A DNA stretch of 63,815 nucleotides, filler included, from Octopus bimaculoides (Eukaryota): NCBI RefSeq assembly GCF_001194135.2. It is 8 parts of 7 records of this genome, joined end to end, with 100 filler letters (N's around TTAATTAATTAA, not from the genome) between each part and the next. Parts side by side here need not be neighbours in the genome. Positions count along the whole stretch, not along the records: positions 29,894 to 56,543 come from NC_068986.1; positions 56,644 to 61,438 come from NC_068987.1; 6 more parts are not named here. One strand, written 5' to 3'. The notes below the pieces were generated by a model. The model searched no databases, was not told where the DNA came from, and saw only the letters and a program-made list of their open reading frames with translations. Shown piece by piece: positions 47,433 to 59,574 of this stretch (position 1 is the first letter of the stretch; each line of letters opens with the position of its first letter). The position numbers were made by a program, and so were the translations under genes.

Positions 47433-48242
47433 GCTCAATTCACACGCACATACACACATTCACTAAACACAGTGTAGTGGGGGTGGTCTGCATTATTTGG
47501 GTCTCGTTTATCAGTCATTATTGTTTGTCGTTAAATTTTGTAAATGTTTCTAGTGGAAATGATATGGAGGACGGGTTGTGCTGAGGGGAGTGAGTAGCTA
47601 TGATATCAATAACAATGGTATCTGCTGGTTGGTCGTAGCATTGAATGTAGTGATAATAGTGTTAGTTGTGCTGGTGATAGCAGTACCACTGATAGCAGTA
47701 ACTGTGGTGGTTATGGTGGTGGTGCCTACGTGTTCGGCCGTTGCGGTGGGAAATGCATTTATGATACATTTTGAGGTTAGAAATCAATACTACTTAACGT
47801 TTCTTGAGTAAACATCAGCCTCTTCAATGATTGTAGTTTAATGTTTCGAGATAAAACCAGTTTAAAATGAGTTGTTATCACTATTGTCATCTGTATCGAC
47901 TTTTAATTGCCAAACGGAGCTCGAATCACGCATGTATGCATATATGTATGTATATACGCACACTTGTCTACATGCATAGGTACGCCATGATCTATACACA
48001 CGCAGATGAGGGACGATTCATATGAAAAAGAAAGTGAACAAAATAATATGACCACTTGCTTATCGGGAAATTTGTAAGTTCGATTAAAAAAAAGTTTTTT
48101 TTAAAGATAATCAAGCTAAATATTCATCATTTCGAACCACTCACCCAGTGAGTATTTCTGCCGAATATGGTTAAAGGAGAAGGCTTCGAACCGAATGAAA
48201 AATGGGCAAATACTTTTGCTAATCTACAACTATATATTAAGA

Positions 48243-48410
48243 TGGCGAGTTGGCAGAATCGTTTCCATGCTGGACAAATGCTTAGCGACATTTCTTCCGG
48301 ACCATTACATTCTGAGTTCAAATCCCACCGAGGTCAGCTTTACCGTCGTCCCTTCACAGTCAAATACTGAGGTCGATGTGAACTACTTGTCCCCCACCTA
48401 AAAATTTGGG
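48243..48410 (+). mobile_element. Degenerate SINE B
   Basis: GGCGAGTTGGCAGAATCG...TTCTGAGTTCAAATCCCACCGAGGTC. Confidence 0.8.
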
Positions 48411-48524
48411 GGCTTGGACTCTGCAACAGTTTGTGGGGTAGAGAGATGTTATGATCTCGGTCTATCAAATACCATGGAAACAGGGTAATTGACCTTAAAC
48501 ATGCTGGGACACAAGAAAAGAAAA

Positions 48525-48685
48525 AGCGTGGCTGTGTGGTAAGACGCTCGCTTCCGAACCAGATGATCCAGTTTCGGTTCTATGGCGTAGCACCTTCGGC
48601 AAATGTCTCCTACAACAACCCTGGGCCGACTTTGGCTTTGTGAGAGGATTTGGTAGATGGAAACTGAAAGAAGCCCGTCGTATAA
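48525..48685 (+). mobile_element. SINE A 5' half
   Basis: GCGTGGCTGTGTGGTAAG...GGATTTGGTAGATGGAAACTGAAAGAAGCCCGTC. Confidence 0.8.
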
Positions 48686-49621
48686 GTATTATATTTATAG
48701 AGTATCTCCCCTTCTCAAGTGGAGCTGGTTTTAACTGCTATTTGGCGGCGATAATTTTAATAAATCATGAATTTATGTTGTATGGTATTTTATATACTTG
48801 TATTTGTCTATGAACAAGAGCTTTCCCTCAGAAATATTTCTAGAGGTCACGAGATGATTTGAATTCCGAATTTTCCATTCTCCAAGTAAGATCATTAGGA
48901 GAAGAGAAAATTTAAAATTAAAATCGCCACGTGCCTTGTAGAGTTACTTTTATTGGGAAGCTCTCACTTGAAAAGTGTTACTGGATTACCTTCCGGGCTT
49001 CTTTCTTCTGTTTGTAACTTGATATTAACTCTAGATACGTTGAGAGTAACATCCGTGTAGTGGAATGGCTATTAGCTGCAAAGTTGAAGCAATTATCATA
49101 ATTTATATGCAATTATCATAATTTATATGTATATATAATTTATATATATATGCATGCGTGTAAGCATGCACGTACAATGTATGCATGTATGTATGTCATT
49201 ATTGTATTTTATTTCAAGATTTCTTGCCAACAGAGAAAGAACCGGTTTCTAATCTAGATCCAAGGCTCCTTCATTGGAATTTCAACATCAACAACAGGGT
49301 ATTTTATGTATGTATGTATGTATGTATGTATGCATGCATGCATGTATGTATATATGTGTGGATGAATGAATGTATGCATGTATGTATGTATGAGTCTACT
49401 CATCCTTTCATATATACGTGCATAGGGAATTGACGGATGCAAAAAAGCAGTAAAGTAGTTAAGTGGATGGCCAGGGAGAGAATAGGCAAAAAATGGTAAG
49501 CGGATAGAAGAATTTTATTCTAAGAAATTCTAAATCCTTCAAAAGATTTGTAAATCCGTTGTTAGACTAAAATAGTTATGTCTGATGCTAGAAAGCAGAC
49601 GTGGTTTTCCTACTTCTAAAT

Positions 49622-49735
49622 GTATTACCCTGTGCGCGTAAGCGAAAGCAGGGCTTTGTAATTACTCGTCTTTGTCTGTTTGTCTGTGTGTTTGCAAAAT
49701 TACTGGAAAACGGCTGAATGGATTTTACCACCTTC
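49622..49735 (+). mobile_element. Helentron/HINE-like start
   Basis: TTACCCTG...GCAGGG short inverted repeat, (TCTG)-like tract, AAAACGGCTGAATGGATTTT. Confidence 0.55.
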
Positions 49736-50094
49736 GGCAGAAATACTCACTGGGTGAGTAGTTCGAAATGATGAATATTTAACTTGATTATCTTAAAAAA
49801 AAAAAATTTTAATCGAATTTACAAATTTCCCGATAAGCAAGTGGTCATATTATTTTGTTCACTTTCTTTTTCATATGAATCGACCCTCATCTGCGTGTGT
49901 ATAGATCATGGCGTACCTATGCGTGTAGACAAGTGTGCGTACATACATACATACATACATACATACATACATACATGCATGCATACATACATACATATGC
50001 GACTCTGTGTGTGTGCGCGCGCGTGCATACACTGATGGATTCGAGGGTTTCGTTTATTTACGAGTTGATTTCTTAATTTCTCCGGTGTATCCTT

Positions 50095-50374
50095 CTTTTG
50101 GCACTCCGTCGCTTACGACATCGAGGGTTTCAGTTGATCCGATCAACGGAACAGCCTGCTCGTGAAATTAACGTGCAAGTGGCTAAGCACTCCACAGACA
50201 CGTGTACCCATAACGTAGTTCTCGGGAATATTCAGCGTGACACAGTGTGACAAGGCTGACCCTTTGAATTGCAGGCACAACAGAAACAGGAAGTAAGAGT
50301 GAGAGAAAGTTGTGGTGGAGGAGTACAGCAGGGTTCACCACCATCCCCTGCCGGAGCCTCGTGGAGCTTTAGGT
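50095..50374 (-). mobile_element. SINE C 3' part (head in gap)
   Basis: Near-identical to 12860-13140. Confidence 0.92.
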
Positions 50375-50964
50375 NNNNNNNNNNNNNNNNNNNNNNNNNN
50401 NNNNNNNNNNNNNNNNNNNNNNNNNNNNNNNNNNNNNNNNNNNNNNNNNNNNNNNNNNNNNNNNNNNNNNNNNNNNNNNNNNNNNNNNNNNNNNNNNNNN
50501 NNNNNNNNNNNNNNNNNNNNNNNNNNNNNNNNNNNNNNNNNNNNNNNNNNNNNNNNNNNNNNNNNNNNNNNNNNNNNNNNNNNNNNNNNNNNNNNNNNNN
50601 NNNNNNNNNNNNNNNNNNNNNNNNNNNNNNNNNNNNNNNNNNNNNNNNNNNNNNNNNNNNNNNNNNNNNNNNNNNNNNNNNNNNNNNNNNNNNNNNNNNN
50701 NNNNNNNNNNNNNNNNNNNNNNNNNNNNNNNNNNNNNNNNNNNNNNNNNNNNNNNNNNNNNNNNNNNNNNNNNNNNNNNNNNNNNNNNNNNNNNNNNNNN
50801 NNNNNNNNNNNNNNNNNNNNNNNNNNNNNNNNNNNNNNNNNNNNNNNNNNNNNNNNNNNNNNNNNNNNNNNNNNNNNNNNNNNNNNNNNNNNNNNNNNNN
50901 NNNNNNNNNNNNNNNNNNNNNNNNNNNNNNNNNNNNNNNNNNNNNNNNNNNNNNNNNNNNNNNN

Positions 50965-51255
50965 TTGGTTTCCGCTCGTAGGGTCGTGAGTTCGATTCCA
51001 GGCTGCGCGTTGTATCCTTCAGCAAAACATTTTATTTCGCATTGCTCCAGTTCACTCAGCTGACAAAAATGAGTTGTACCTGTAATTCAAAGGGCGACCT
51101 TGTCACGTTCCGTGCTACGCCGGATCTCTCAGAGAACTACATTAAGGGTGCTTGTGTCTGTGGAGTACTCAACCATTTGCCTGTTAATTTGACGAGCAGA
51201 CTGTTCTGCTGATCGAATCAACTGGAACACTCGTCGTCGTAACCGTGGTGCTTTA
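50965..51255 (+). mobile_element. Diverged SINE C-related copy
   Basis: GTGAGTTCGATTCC B box; TGTACCTGTAATTCAAAGGG...GTGTCTGTGGAGTACTCA...CTCGTCGTCGTAACC. Confidence 0.8.
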
Positions 51256-51334
51256 TGGGATTTTGTTTTCCCAAGTTCTGTTCTACGTCCACAATCTTTT
51301 TTTGTTTTTTGAAATTTGAATAAATTTAATCTCT

Positions 51335-52390
51335 TTTCAGATACAAAACGATGAAAGACCAAGTAGTGAAAGATAAGCACCGTCGACACCTGCTTCTCTT
51401 CGCTTTCAATCAAGGTTCCAACGTTACCAAAAGCCATTCGAGACATTTGTGTGCTGTGTATGGAGAAGACGTTCTGAGTGAAACAACTGCACAGAAATGG
51501 TTTTCACGCTTCAAAGAGGGAAAATTCGAACTCAGACTTTCCATGTTCCGGTCGACTTGTTCAGTTCAATGATAATCAATTGAACTTGCTCATCCATGAT
51601 TATCGGTGGGGAACTGGCCCCAAAATTTGGTGCATGGGTGTCATATGCTCCGAACAAACGCCAGAGATCCTCTATGGCAGCCAGTTCTCTCGCTCGCCAA
51701 CAGGTTACTCGTAGACTTCTTTACCGCATCGTCATCAGCACTGAAAAAGGTTGTCAATGTCAGCATGAAGCAGAAAAAAAGATTAGCTGACTTCTGACAA
51801 ATAAACAACGCCTCCTGCCAAGCCAGAGCTGCATCCAAGCACGACAATGACCAAACCTGGCCACCAAACCGTTTATCCGTTAATCATTAATTAATGATTT
51901 AAGTTTGGAAATCATTATTGGGCTAATTAACTTCCGTTACATTTAACTTTCGTTACATTTAACTTTCGTTAACTCAAGTCAAATTCCGTTAACTTCCATG
52001 GCATTGACGTTAACGGATTTTATAGTTTTGGCACTTTTTAAAGGTGTTTTAAGTGGTTTTACAGCAAAAAGTGATATTTTGTTTTATTCTATTTTAAAAA
52101 TTAACGTTAACGTTTTATCGATAATTTCCGTTACATTTTTAAAGAATTAACTGATTAACGGTTGTCGAAGTTAACTTTTTGGTTAACGGGTTAACGGTTA
52201 CCGAAGTTAACTTTTCTATTAACGATGTCCACCTTTGACAATGACCTGCCTTTGGTGGTACTGGGAAAGACTAATCCACAATGACACATCACGGTCCATG
52301 CAGAGTTTTACGTTCAGCAAATGTACTCAGCTGTTTCCACTTTCAGTAATAAAATGACAATCAAGAAACTCCGCCTGTTCAACAAACATC
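51335..52390 (+). mobile_element. Mariner relic (Mos1/Hsmar1-like HTH) interrupted by a MITE
   Basis: RHLLLFAFNQG...ICAVYGEDVLSETTAQKWFSRFKEGKFEL; the frame LHPSTTMTCLWWY is restored when 51852-52237 and one TSD copy are removed. Confidence 0.85.
51852..52237. mobile_element. 386-bp hAT-type MITE
   Basis: 8-bp TSD ACAATGAC (51844-51851, 52238-52245); imperfect 12-bp TIR CAAACCTGGCCA/TGTCCACCTTTG; many GTTAAC/CCGTTA motifs. Confidence 0.8.
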
Positions 52391-52394
52391 GCTA

Positions 52395-53080
52395 TATATA
52401 CATTTCCCTGTGTCCCTGTCATTTTTCTCGCTCCCTCCTTAATTCTTTTATCCCTCTGCCTCTACTTCTCTCTCTTCTCTTCTAACGTGACCGGCGTTCG
52501 ACCAAGCCTGATCTTTCTTTCTTGGCCGGCCGTTGTGCGTACAAGATTGATATTCCTCCCTGTGCCCGTCAAATCTTGTATCCCTGCCGTAAGGCTTTAT
52601 TTCCATACACGCCAGCTTAATTTAATCCGCCCTTAGTCGAAAGACACCTGTTGTTATGTCCTGTTATTATTTTTATTGTACTTGTGTAACATTGTTCGTT
52701 TTTTTCCGTCCTTGTTTTTGTATACATTCACTGTTTTCTTCCAAGGAATCTGATGCTCTTAGCTTAGTTTTTCCTTGGGGTTGGCCAGATTGGAGCAATC
52801 TCGAGTATAACCAGCTGAAATTGCAAAGATAATCTGGAACTCGACTGATGNNNNNNNNNNAACCAGCTGAAATTGCAAAGATAATCTGGAACTCGACTGA
52901 TGAAAGAAAACTCCGAATGACCTCTCCTTCTTTTCTTTGTATCGTCTATCTGGATGTTTTGTTGTCCCTTTCTTGTATCTGGATGTTTTGTTGTCCCTTT
53001 CTTGTATCGGGATGTTTTGTTGTCCCTTTCTTGTCCGGATGTTTTGTGTTCTTGTCCCATTTTGTATTAATTATTTATAT
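52395..53080 (+). mobile_element. Unclassified pyrimidine-rich repeat 'F' (possible PLE pseudo-LTR); second copy at 61545-62095 on the minus strand
   Basis: Two diverged copies share TTTCTTGGCC, TTAGTCGAAAGA, ATGCTCTTAGC and GATAAT(C/T)GGAA; ~29-bp tandem repeat at 52967-53050. Confidence 0.65.
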
Positions 53081-53149
53081 ATATAGTGCGTGTGGTTAAA
53101 TGACAAAAATATGACTAACCCCTAAATGTAACTCTGTATGTGTGTGTGT

Positions 53150-53370
53150 GCGCGAGCGCGAACGCGTTTTGTGCCAGCGTTTATCCCCCCACCACTTGAC
53201 AACCGGTGTTGGTGTGCTTACGTCCCCGTAACTTAGTGATTCGGCAAAAAGGACCTATAGAATAAATGCCAGGCTCAAAAGATAACAAAAAATAAGCACT
53301 GGGATCGATTCGTTCTTGAAAGCAGTGCTCCAGCATGACCGCAGTCGAATGATTGAAAGAAGTCAACAAA
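53150..53370 (+). mobile_element. SINE A 3' half
   Basis: CACTTGACAACCGG...GTGCTCCAGCATGACCGCAGTC. Confidence 0.85.
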
Positions 53371-53859
53371 ATCTGTATTATTATTTAGTTCACTTCTATA
53401 AATTACAAACAACATTATTTGGTTGAGTCTCTTTCGATGTTGTTGTTGTCGGTCATGTTGTTCGGTGTGATTCTATTCATGGCGGATTCATACAATGAAA
53501 CTAGAACCACTACCGATATTCACTTAAGAGATTCCTTCAATTTCATTTTTTCAATGAAATAATCAGAAGGGAAAGCCACGCATATCGAAATGTTGAAAGT
53601 TATGGCATTAAATTTGGAAATGATAAACAAACAAAAATCCAGAGAATACCCTTCCACTTTAAGCACAAGTTTCTTTATTTCTTTACTTATTTATTCAATG
53701 CAGAAAAAGAAGCTGGTTACTAACAAAGACACAAGACAATTTCCATTGGGATTTAGATAGAATTAACTAGATCGGCGCTTCTTTAAAGTGGATGTATAAA
53801 GCCGTTTTGTTAAGGTGATCGTAAATTTTAAAATGCACTGAGAATGGCTTTTTTTAGTC

Positions 53860-54102
53860 TTTCTATTTTATTCTATTTACTTGTTTCAGTCATTTGACTG
53901 CTGCCATGCTGGAGCGCTGCCTTTAGTCGAACAAATCGACCACCAGAACTTATTCTTTGTAAGCCTAGTACTTTTTCTATCGGTCGCTTTTACCGAACCG
54001 CTAAGTTACGAAGACGTAAACACTTTAACATCGGTTGTCAAGCGATGGGTGGGGGACAAACACAGATACACACACACACACACACGTGCACATACACACA
54101 CA

Positions 54103-54146
<44 letters not shown>

Positions 54147-54308
54147 ACGGGCTACTTTTAGTTTCCATCTACCAAATCCTCTCACAAGGCTTTGATCGGC
54201 CCGAGGCTATAGAAGACACTTGCCCAAGGGGGCCACGCAGTGGGACTGAACCCGGAACCATGTGGTTGGGAAGCAAGCTTCTTCCCGCTCAGCCATGCCT
54301 GCACCTAT
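53860..54308 (-). mobile_element. SINE A, full length
   Basis: Matches 836-1219. Confidence 0.9.
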
Positions 54309-54504
54309 ATAAACATTAACTTTTAAAATGAGTTTAAATGTAACATTATGGTAACATGTTCTTACTGTCCCTGCAACAACGACAACATCAACAATAATTA
54401 TAGATTTCGAAATGTAATTAAGTGCTTAAACAAAACGAATGTAAATTACATGCATGAGTGAAGGTAGGGCGATGCTATTAAAGGGTCTGTCATGTAAGGC
54501 GTTG

Positions 54505-54846
54505 CCTGGTTTTGTTTGCAACTTATCCTTTCGAGTGTTGGGCCCCACAGGGGCAATGGCAAATGACCGAACCTTTGGCGTTATGATGTGCTTGATAAGA
54601 AGACCCATCAAGCCGAGCAAAATCACAGTCGTGGCAGATACCGGTGTCACACATATAGCACCCGTGCCGGTGGCACGTAAAAGCACCCATTACACTCTCA
54701 GAGTGGTTGGCGTTAAGAAAGGCATTCAGCCGTAGAAAACCATGCCAAATCAGACTGAAGTCTAGTGCAGCCTTCCAGCCTACCGGCCCTGTTCAAACCA
54801 TACAACTCATACCAGCATGGAAAATGGACGTTAAATGATGATGGTC

Positions 54847-54889
<43 letters not shown>
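54505..54889 (+). mobile_element. RTE/RTE-X-type LINE 3' end with (GAT)n tail
   Basis: Degenerate ORF end (cf. DLRxLGLTEAMTxDRxxWR), GGTTGGCGTTAAGAAAGGCATTCAGCCGTAGAAA, (GAT)n at 54836-54889. Confidence 0.65.
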
Positions 54890-55050
54890 CGTCCTTTATT
54901 GACCCAGATGCTGCCCGTCCTGCTTTAATTCCCTTTGAGATTTCAGCATCCATATCTCGGCGCGTATCCACAGTGTACCCTAAATAAACGTACTACTTCA
55001 TCCCCTCAATTTCATCGGTTCCACCTTTATTCGGCCTTGTACTACGTCTT
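54890..55050 (-). mobile_element. RTE-type RT C-terminal fragment
   Basis: YLGYTVDTRRDMDAEISKGIKAGRAASGSIKDV (cf. YLG...EIxRRIxAGWxAF). Confidence 0.6.
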
Positions 55051-55061
55051 TCAACAGCATA

Positions 55062-55276
55062 TACGAGGGGAAGTAAGAAATTAGCCGCACTTGCGCCATA
55101 ACATATCCTTATTAGTGTCACACTGCTTTCTGTGCATGCGAGCTTATAGTTGGTACTATTGTAGTCACATGATAGAAGTTTGAGCCTGATCGCGCCACTG
55201 TTCTTTCAGGTTTTAGTGAAAGCATGGCCGCTCTACTAGCAATGTGCACCAAAGAGGAACAAAGAGCAGTGATCCG
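55062..55276 (+). mobile_element. Mariner 5' end
   Basis: TA-CGAGGGGAAGTAAGAAATTAGCCGCAC TIR-like start; MAALLAMCTKEEQRAVIR. Confidence 0.75.
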
Positions 55277-55380
55277 AAACGTTAAAGACTTTCTTTATTC
55301 CCGAGCGTTAAACTAATACATCCTTTTGTTGTTTACACCACCTGTCCTCGTCTGTTGTTTTTTTTCGTAAATTCTCCCAT
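55277..55380 (+). mobile_element. PLE-type terminal fragment starting at the 3' half of a hammerhead
   Basis: GAAACGTT-AAAGAC with palindromic AACGTT; the 5' half is absent. Confidence 0.45.
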
Positions 55381-55800
55381 ATATATATATATATATANNN
55401 NNNNNNNNNNNNNNNNNNNNNNNNNNNNNNNNNNNNNNNNNNNNNNNNNNNNNNNNNNNNNNNNNNNNNNNNNNNNNNNNNNNNNNNNNNNNNNNNNNNN
55501 NNNNNNNNNNNNNNNNNNNNNNNNNNNNNNNNNNNNNNNNNNNNNNNNNNNNNNNNNNNNNNNNNNNNNNNNNNNNNNNNNNNNNNNNNNNNNNNNNNNN
55601 NNNNNNNNNNNNNNNNNNNNNNNNNNNNNNNNNNNNNNNNNNNNNNNNNNNNNNNNNNNNNNNNNNNNNNNNNNNNNNNNNNNNNNNNNNNNNNNNNNNN
55701 NNNNNNNNNNNNNNNNNNNNNNNNNNNNNNNNNNNNNNNNNNNNNNNNNNNNNNNNNNNNNNNNNNNNNNNNNNNNNNNNNNNNNNNNNNNNNNNNNNNN

Positions 55801-55842
<42 letters not shown>

Positions 55843-55859
55843 TGTATATATATATGTGT

Positions 55860-56110
55860 GTAGTGCCTTTGTGTGTGTGTGTGTATGTGTATTTGTTTCT
55901 GTGTTTGCCCCCACCACCACTGCTTGACAACCAGTGTTGGTGTGACTTCGTCCCCATAAGCTAGCGGTTCGGCAAGAGAGACTGATAGAATAAGTACCAG
56001 GCTTTCTTCAGAGAGAAAATGCACTGGGCTCGATTCGTTCGACTAAAATCCATCAGGGCTATGTTCCAGCTTGGCCGCAGTCTGATCACCGAACAGGAAA
56101 GGGACAAAAG
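55860..56110 (+). mobile_element. SINE A 3' half
   Basis: TGCTTGACAACCAG...CTAGCGGTTCGGCAAGAGAGACTGATAGAATAAGTACC. Confidence 0.85.
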
Positions 56111-56139
56111 ACATGTGTGTGGGTGTGTATGTGTCTTGA

Positions 56140-56335
56140 TGTGGCTTAGTGGTCAGTGTATTCACCTAACAATCGTGAAGTTGTGAGTTCGATTCCCAGT
56201 AGCGCGTCGCGTCCTTGAGTAAAAGTACGCGTGTCTGTGGAGTCCTCAGCCACATGCGCGTTAATTTCACGAGGTGGCTGTTCCGTTGATCAGATCAAGT
56301 GGAACCCCCATCATCGTCACTGACGTTGTGCCGGG
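56140..56335 (+). mobile_element. SINE C-related copy with internal deletion
   Basis: TGGCTTAGTGG A box, GAGTTCGATTCCC B box, GTGTCTGTGGAGT...GTTAATTTCACGAG. Confidence 0.75.
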
Positions 56336-56823
56336 TCTTATTTTAAGCTTGCAGAGACGTATATATATATACACACATGCACACATACATACACATATAC
56401 ACATATACATACATACATACATACATACATACATACATACGTGTATGTATGCATGTATATTTGTACATATAGTATACATATATAAATATATATATTTATA
56501 TATACAATATATATATTTATATATATATACATACATATATATANNNNNNNNNNNNNNNNNNNNNNNNNNNNNNNNNNNNNNNNNNNNTTAATTAATTAAN
56601 NNNNNNNNNNNNNNNNNNNNNNNNNNNNNNNNNNNNNNNNNNNAGGTTATAAAGGACACAGGTTTCGTGTGTCACATAGCTAGCTAGAGGCGATGGCTTC
56701 TTGGAGCTAATTCACGGCAGCTTTCGTCCTAATTTTGGGACTGCCATGTTGGCTTGGCGATAACTATTAATTTCCAGTACCGCTGCCGTAGTCTCCTTTA
56801 GAGAGACTTAGAAATATTAATAA

Positions 56824-56854
<31 letters not shown>

Positions 56855-57269
56855 AGAAAAGAAAGAAAGATAGATAGATAGATATTGTTATTATGATATT
56901 AAAGTTAGCGAAAGGACTTGTTAAAATTCACACAACCTACTGACAGTCATATTATTGTTTTGCTGATTTATTTTGGCAAAAAATCGAAGACCGTGTTCAG
57001 TAACTAACTAAATAAATAATATCTGTCAGACGAATATTAGTTACTTTATGACAGTGTAAGACTCTTTTATTATTGTTTTGTTTCTGATCAAAAGCACATT
57101 CCACTGTTTTGTATTGTCTTCTTTGTCTCTTTTGCAAATGATATCGCGAACATAAATTCACTTGAAATGCTTGATGTGTGAGAAGCATCGATTCTACTTA
57201 CTAGAAATAGCTTGGTTTATGTTTTTTTTTTCTGTTTGTAATCAAAAGAACATTTCACTGCTATGTTTG

Positions 57270-59230
57270 TCCAAGGATATCACACGGGAGATAATACAGG
57301 GCACGGTATTGGCCGACCAGTCCGAAGTGTGCTCAAAAGGCTCTGCCAGCAGGGCGAGCACCGGATGTCTGCTGAGACTGAAGGTAAGGAGTTGGCTCTG
57401 GACCTGGATAGTACACGTCTTCTTTGTGCCTATGCAATCCTGTTTTGTTCGTAAAAGGTGGCACCTCTACTGGTGCAGCTTCAGCTTCTCCAGGCAGGGC
57501 GGCCTTGTCCTGCGTTTCTCAAGGGTCAGATTTTGAATGTATCCTTTAAGTGTATTTCCTGTCCACCTTGCGTGCACTTGAATTCCGCTAGTCCACTGTA
57601 AAACAGTTTGATGCTAAGTCGTCTGTCAAGGTGACCTGCCTACATGACTTGGGCTCTCCACCGTAGTATGTAAATGCTTTGCAGATCAGATCGAGAGAGG
57701 AACACTGTATCTGACACGTTATCTTGCCTGGTGATTCTCAACAGCTTTCTCAACAGCTTTCAACAGATTTTCAACAGCTTTCTATTTCATGTAGAAACGG
57801 TTTAGCTTTTTGGCGGGCGGGTTCGTAAACGTCCAAGACTCGTAGGCGTACAGTAGTGTAGGTAGTGTAACCGCTTGGTACACTTTCGATTTGATGGCTA
57901 GCCTAATGCTTCTTTTCTCCCACACTAATTCACGTTATCGCCCGAATGCTGAGCTTCCCTTGGCGATGCATGTGTCGACTTCATTGTCAGTGTTCACAAA
58001 CCTCCTCAGGGTTAGTCAGTGGGACGTAGACACTGATGATGGTGACATAGCACTTTCCTCTGAGGGGAGCCACAGAGACATCAGTCGGTCATTCGCTCTT
58101 TTGGGGAAGCTGATTAATTCGCTGATCAGACCAGATCTAATCGCAAAACCCACTCCTGCTTCACAATGTTCGTCGCTAGTGCGGCCACTCCAGGTGTAAC
58201 CAGTTTTGACCTTTGACAGCTGACCTTTGTGTGCAAGCCAGGTCTTGCTCAGAGCCGCAATATGAATGTCATACCTGCCGAATTCTCTTGCGAAAATGAT
58301 GTCATTCTCTCAGATCTGTTTGCTTTGGAGCTGTCCATGAGCGTTCGCACACTCCATGTGCTAATAGTGAGCGATGTCACCGATTTTTTGCCTTGGTGCA
58401 TCTCCGCCTGCCACACTATGCAGGCTAGCATGTAGTGAAGCAGGCTTTATTTAGCGCACTTTTTCTAACTTCTTCTACAGGCCATGGGGGTGAGCAAAGA
58501 AATCCTAGAGGGACCTTCTCAGACACCCAGGGATCTACAAAAGTCCATTGTTGCTTCAATCAGTGGGGAGCGACCCTAGGCCCTGAGCCGCCTTTGCGTA
58601 GGTTTGTGACTACTGATTCCAGTGTATCCATACCTGCTGCTTTGGCATTCGCCCATCGCTACCACACCTGAAGGTGGATCTGGGATGGTGTGTTGTCTTG
58701 ATTTTCACGTTACATGAATTAAAGTTGGGGAGGGTTGCACAGCATTATCTACCTCACTCGCTTCCTATGATCCAGTGGTAGGTCGAAGACGATTAGAGAG
58801 TGGATGTCCACATTGCCCTACGTATCTCATTGTGCCTTGTTCCCGTTCCACAGCGCTTGTTGGTCCGCCTTCTAACCCGTTGAACCAGTCCAGTGAATTT
58901 CTCCACACAGTACACCGGGTCCAGTCTTTAAATGCATATGTAGACAAGCTCTAGCTCACCGAAGAATGAGAGGCGTCGGCTACCCTCAGCATAGTGTAAC
59001 CGATCTGTGGAAGCTGTTTCCCAGAATGTGGCTGTTGTTGCATGCAGACAGCTTTCAGGAGCCACAGGTAAGAGTTGGGTGCCAGCTGAGGACCAGATAA
59101 GACGAACTACACCAAAGAGCATTATATGTTACCCCGTTAGAGGTACTACCCAATCCAAACACCCCATGCACCCCCAATGTTTGTGCAGTAATATATGTCA
59201 GCTGTGCGTTCATTTCTTTCTGTCTTAATT
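57270..59230 (-). mobile_element. RTE-clade LINE: 5' UTR and APE N-terminus fused by a large deletion to the ORF2 C-terminus
   Basis: LTISTWSVRTLMDSSKANRSER, WSGRTSDEHCEAGVGFAI, IISVYVP, then DNEVDTCIAKGSSAFGR, KVYQAVTLPTLLY; junction near 57997-58001. Confidence 0.9.
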
Positions 59231-59440
59231 ATTTTTATATGATAGGCACATGTAATATTTAATACATATAATTAAATGGAACTACACAGCAGTTCTAAAA
59301 ATTGGGGACTTCAAGTTGTCATATATAATTGTTAATGAGGAGCATCGTTAAACGAAGCGCACTTCCTTCTTCACTGAATGTTTTCTAATCTGTGACTACG
59401 AATTTTTAATTATTTGTTTGTCTGCCTGTTTGTCTATCTA

Positions 59441-59550
<110 letters not shown>

Positions 59551-59574
59551 TCTCTCTCTATCTATCTCTTTTAT

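Larger units (their letters stand above)
47955..49941. repeat. About 210-bp inverted repeat pair (47955-48165 and 49733-49941)
   Basis: Arms align by eye with only a few substitutions outside a poly-A/T stretch. Confidence 0.92.

Noticed and set aside
50095-51255. Oppositely oriented SINE C copies as an inverted repeat
   Set aside because: The copies are quite diverged and separated by a gap; independent insertions are more likely.
52810-52902. Exact ~41-bp tandem duplication across a 10-N gap
   Set aside because: Contig overlap artefact.
52897-52925. CTGATGA...GAAT hammerhead-like core in repeat F
   Set aside because: No stem II pairing, no GAAA and no stem I in either copy; too weak to call.
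9390-56024. ORF-track entries of 150-380 aa containing X runs or HT/CV/YI repeats
   Set aside because: Produced by N-gaps and microsatellites.
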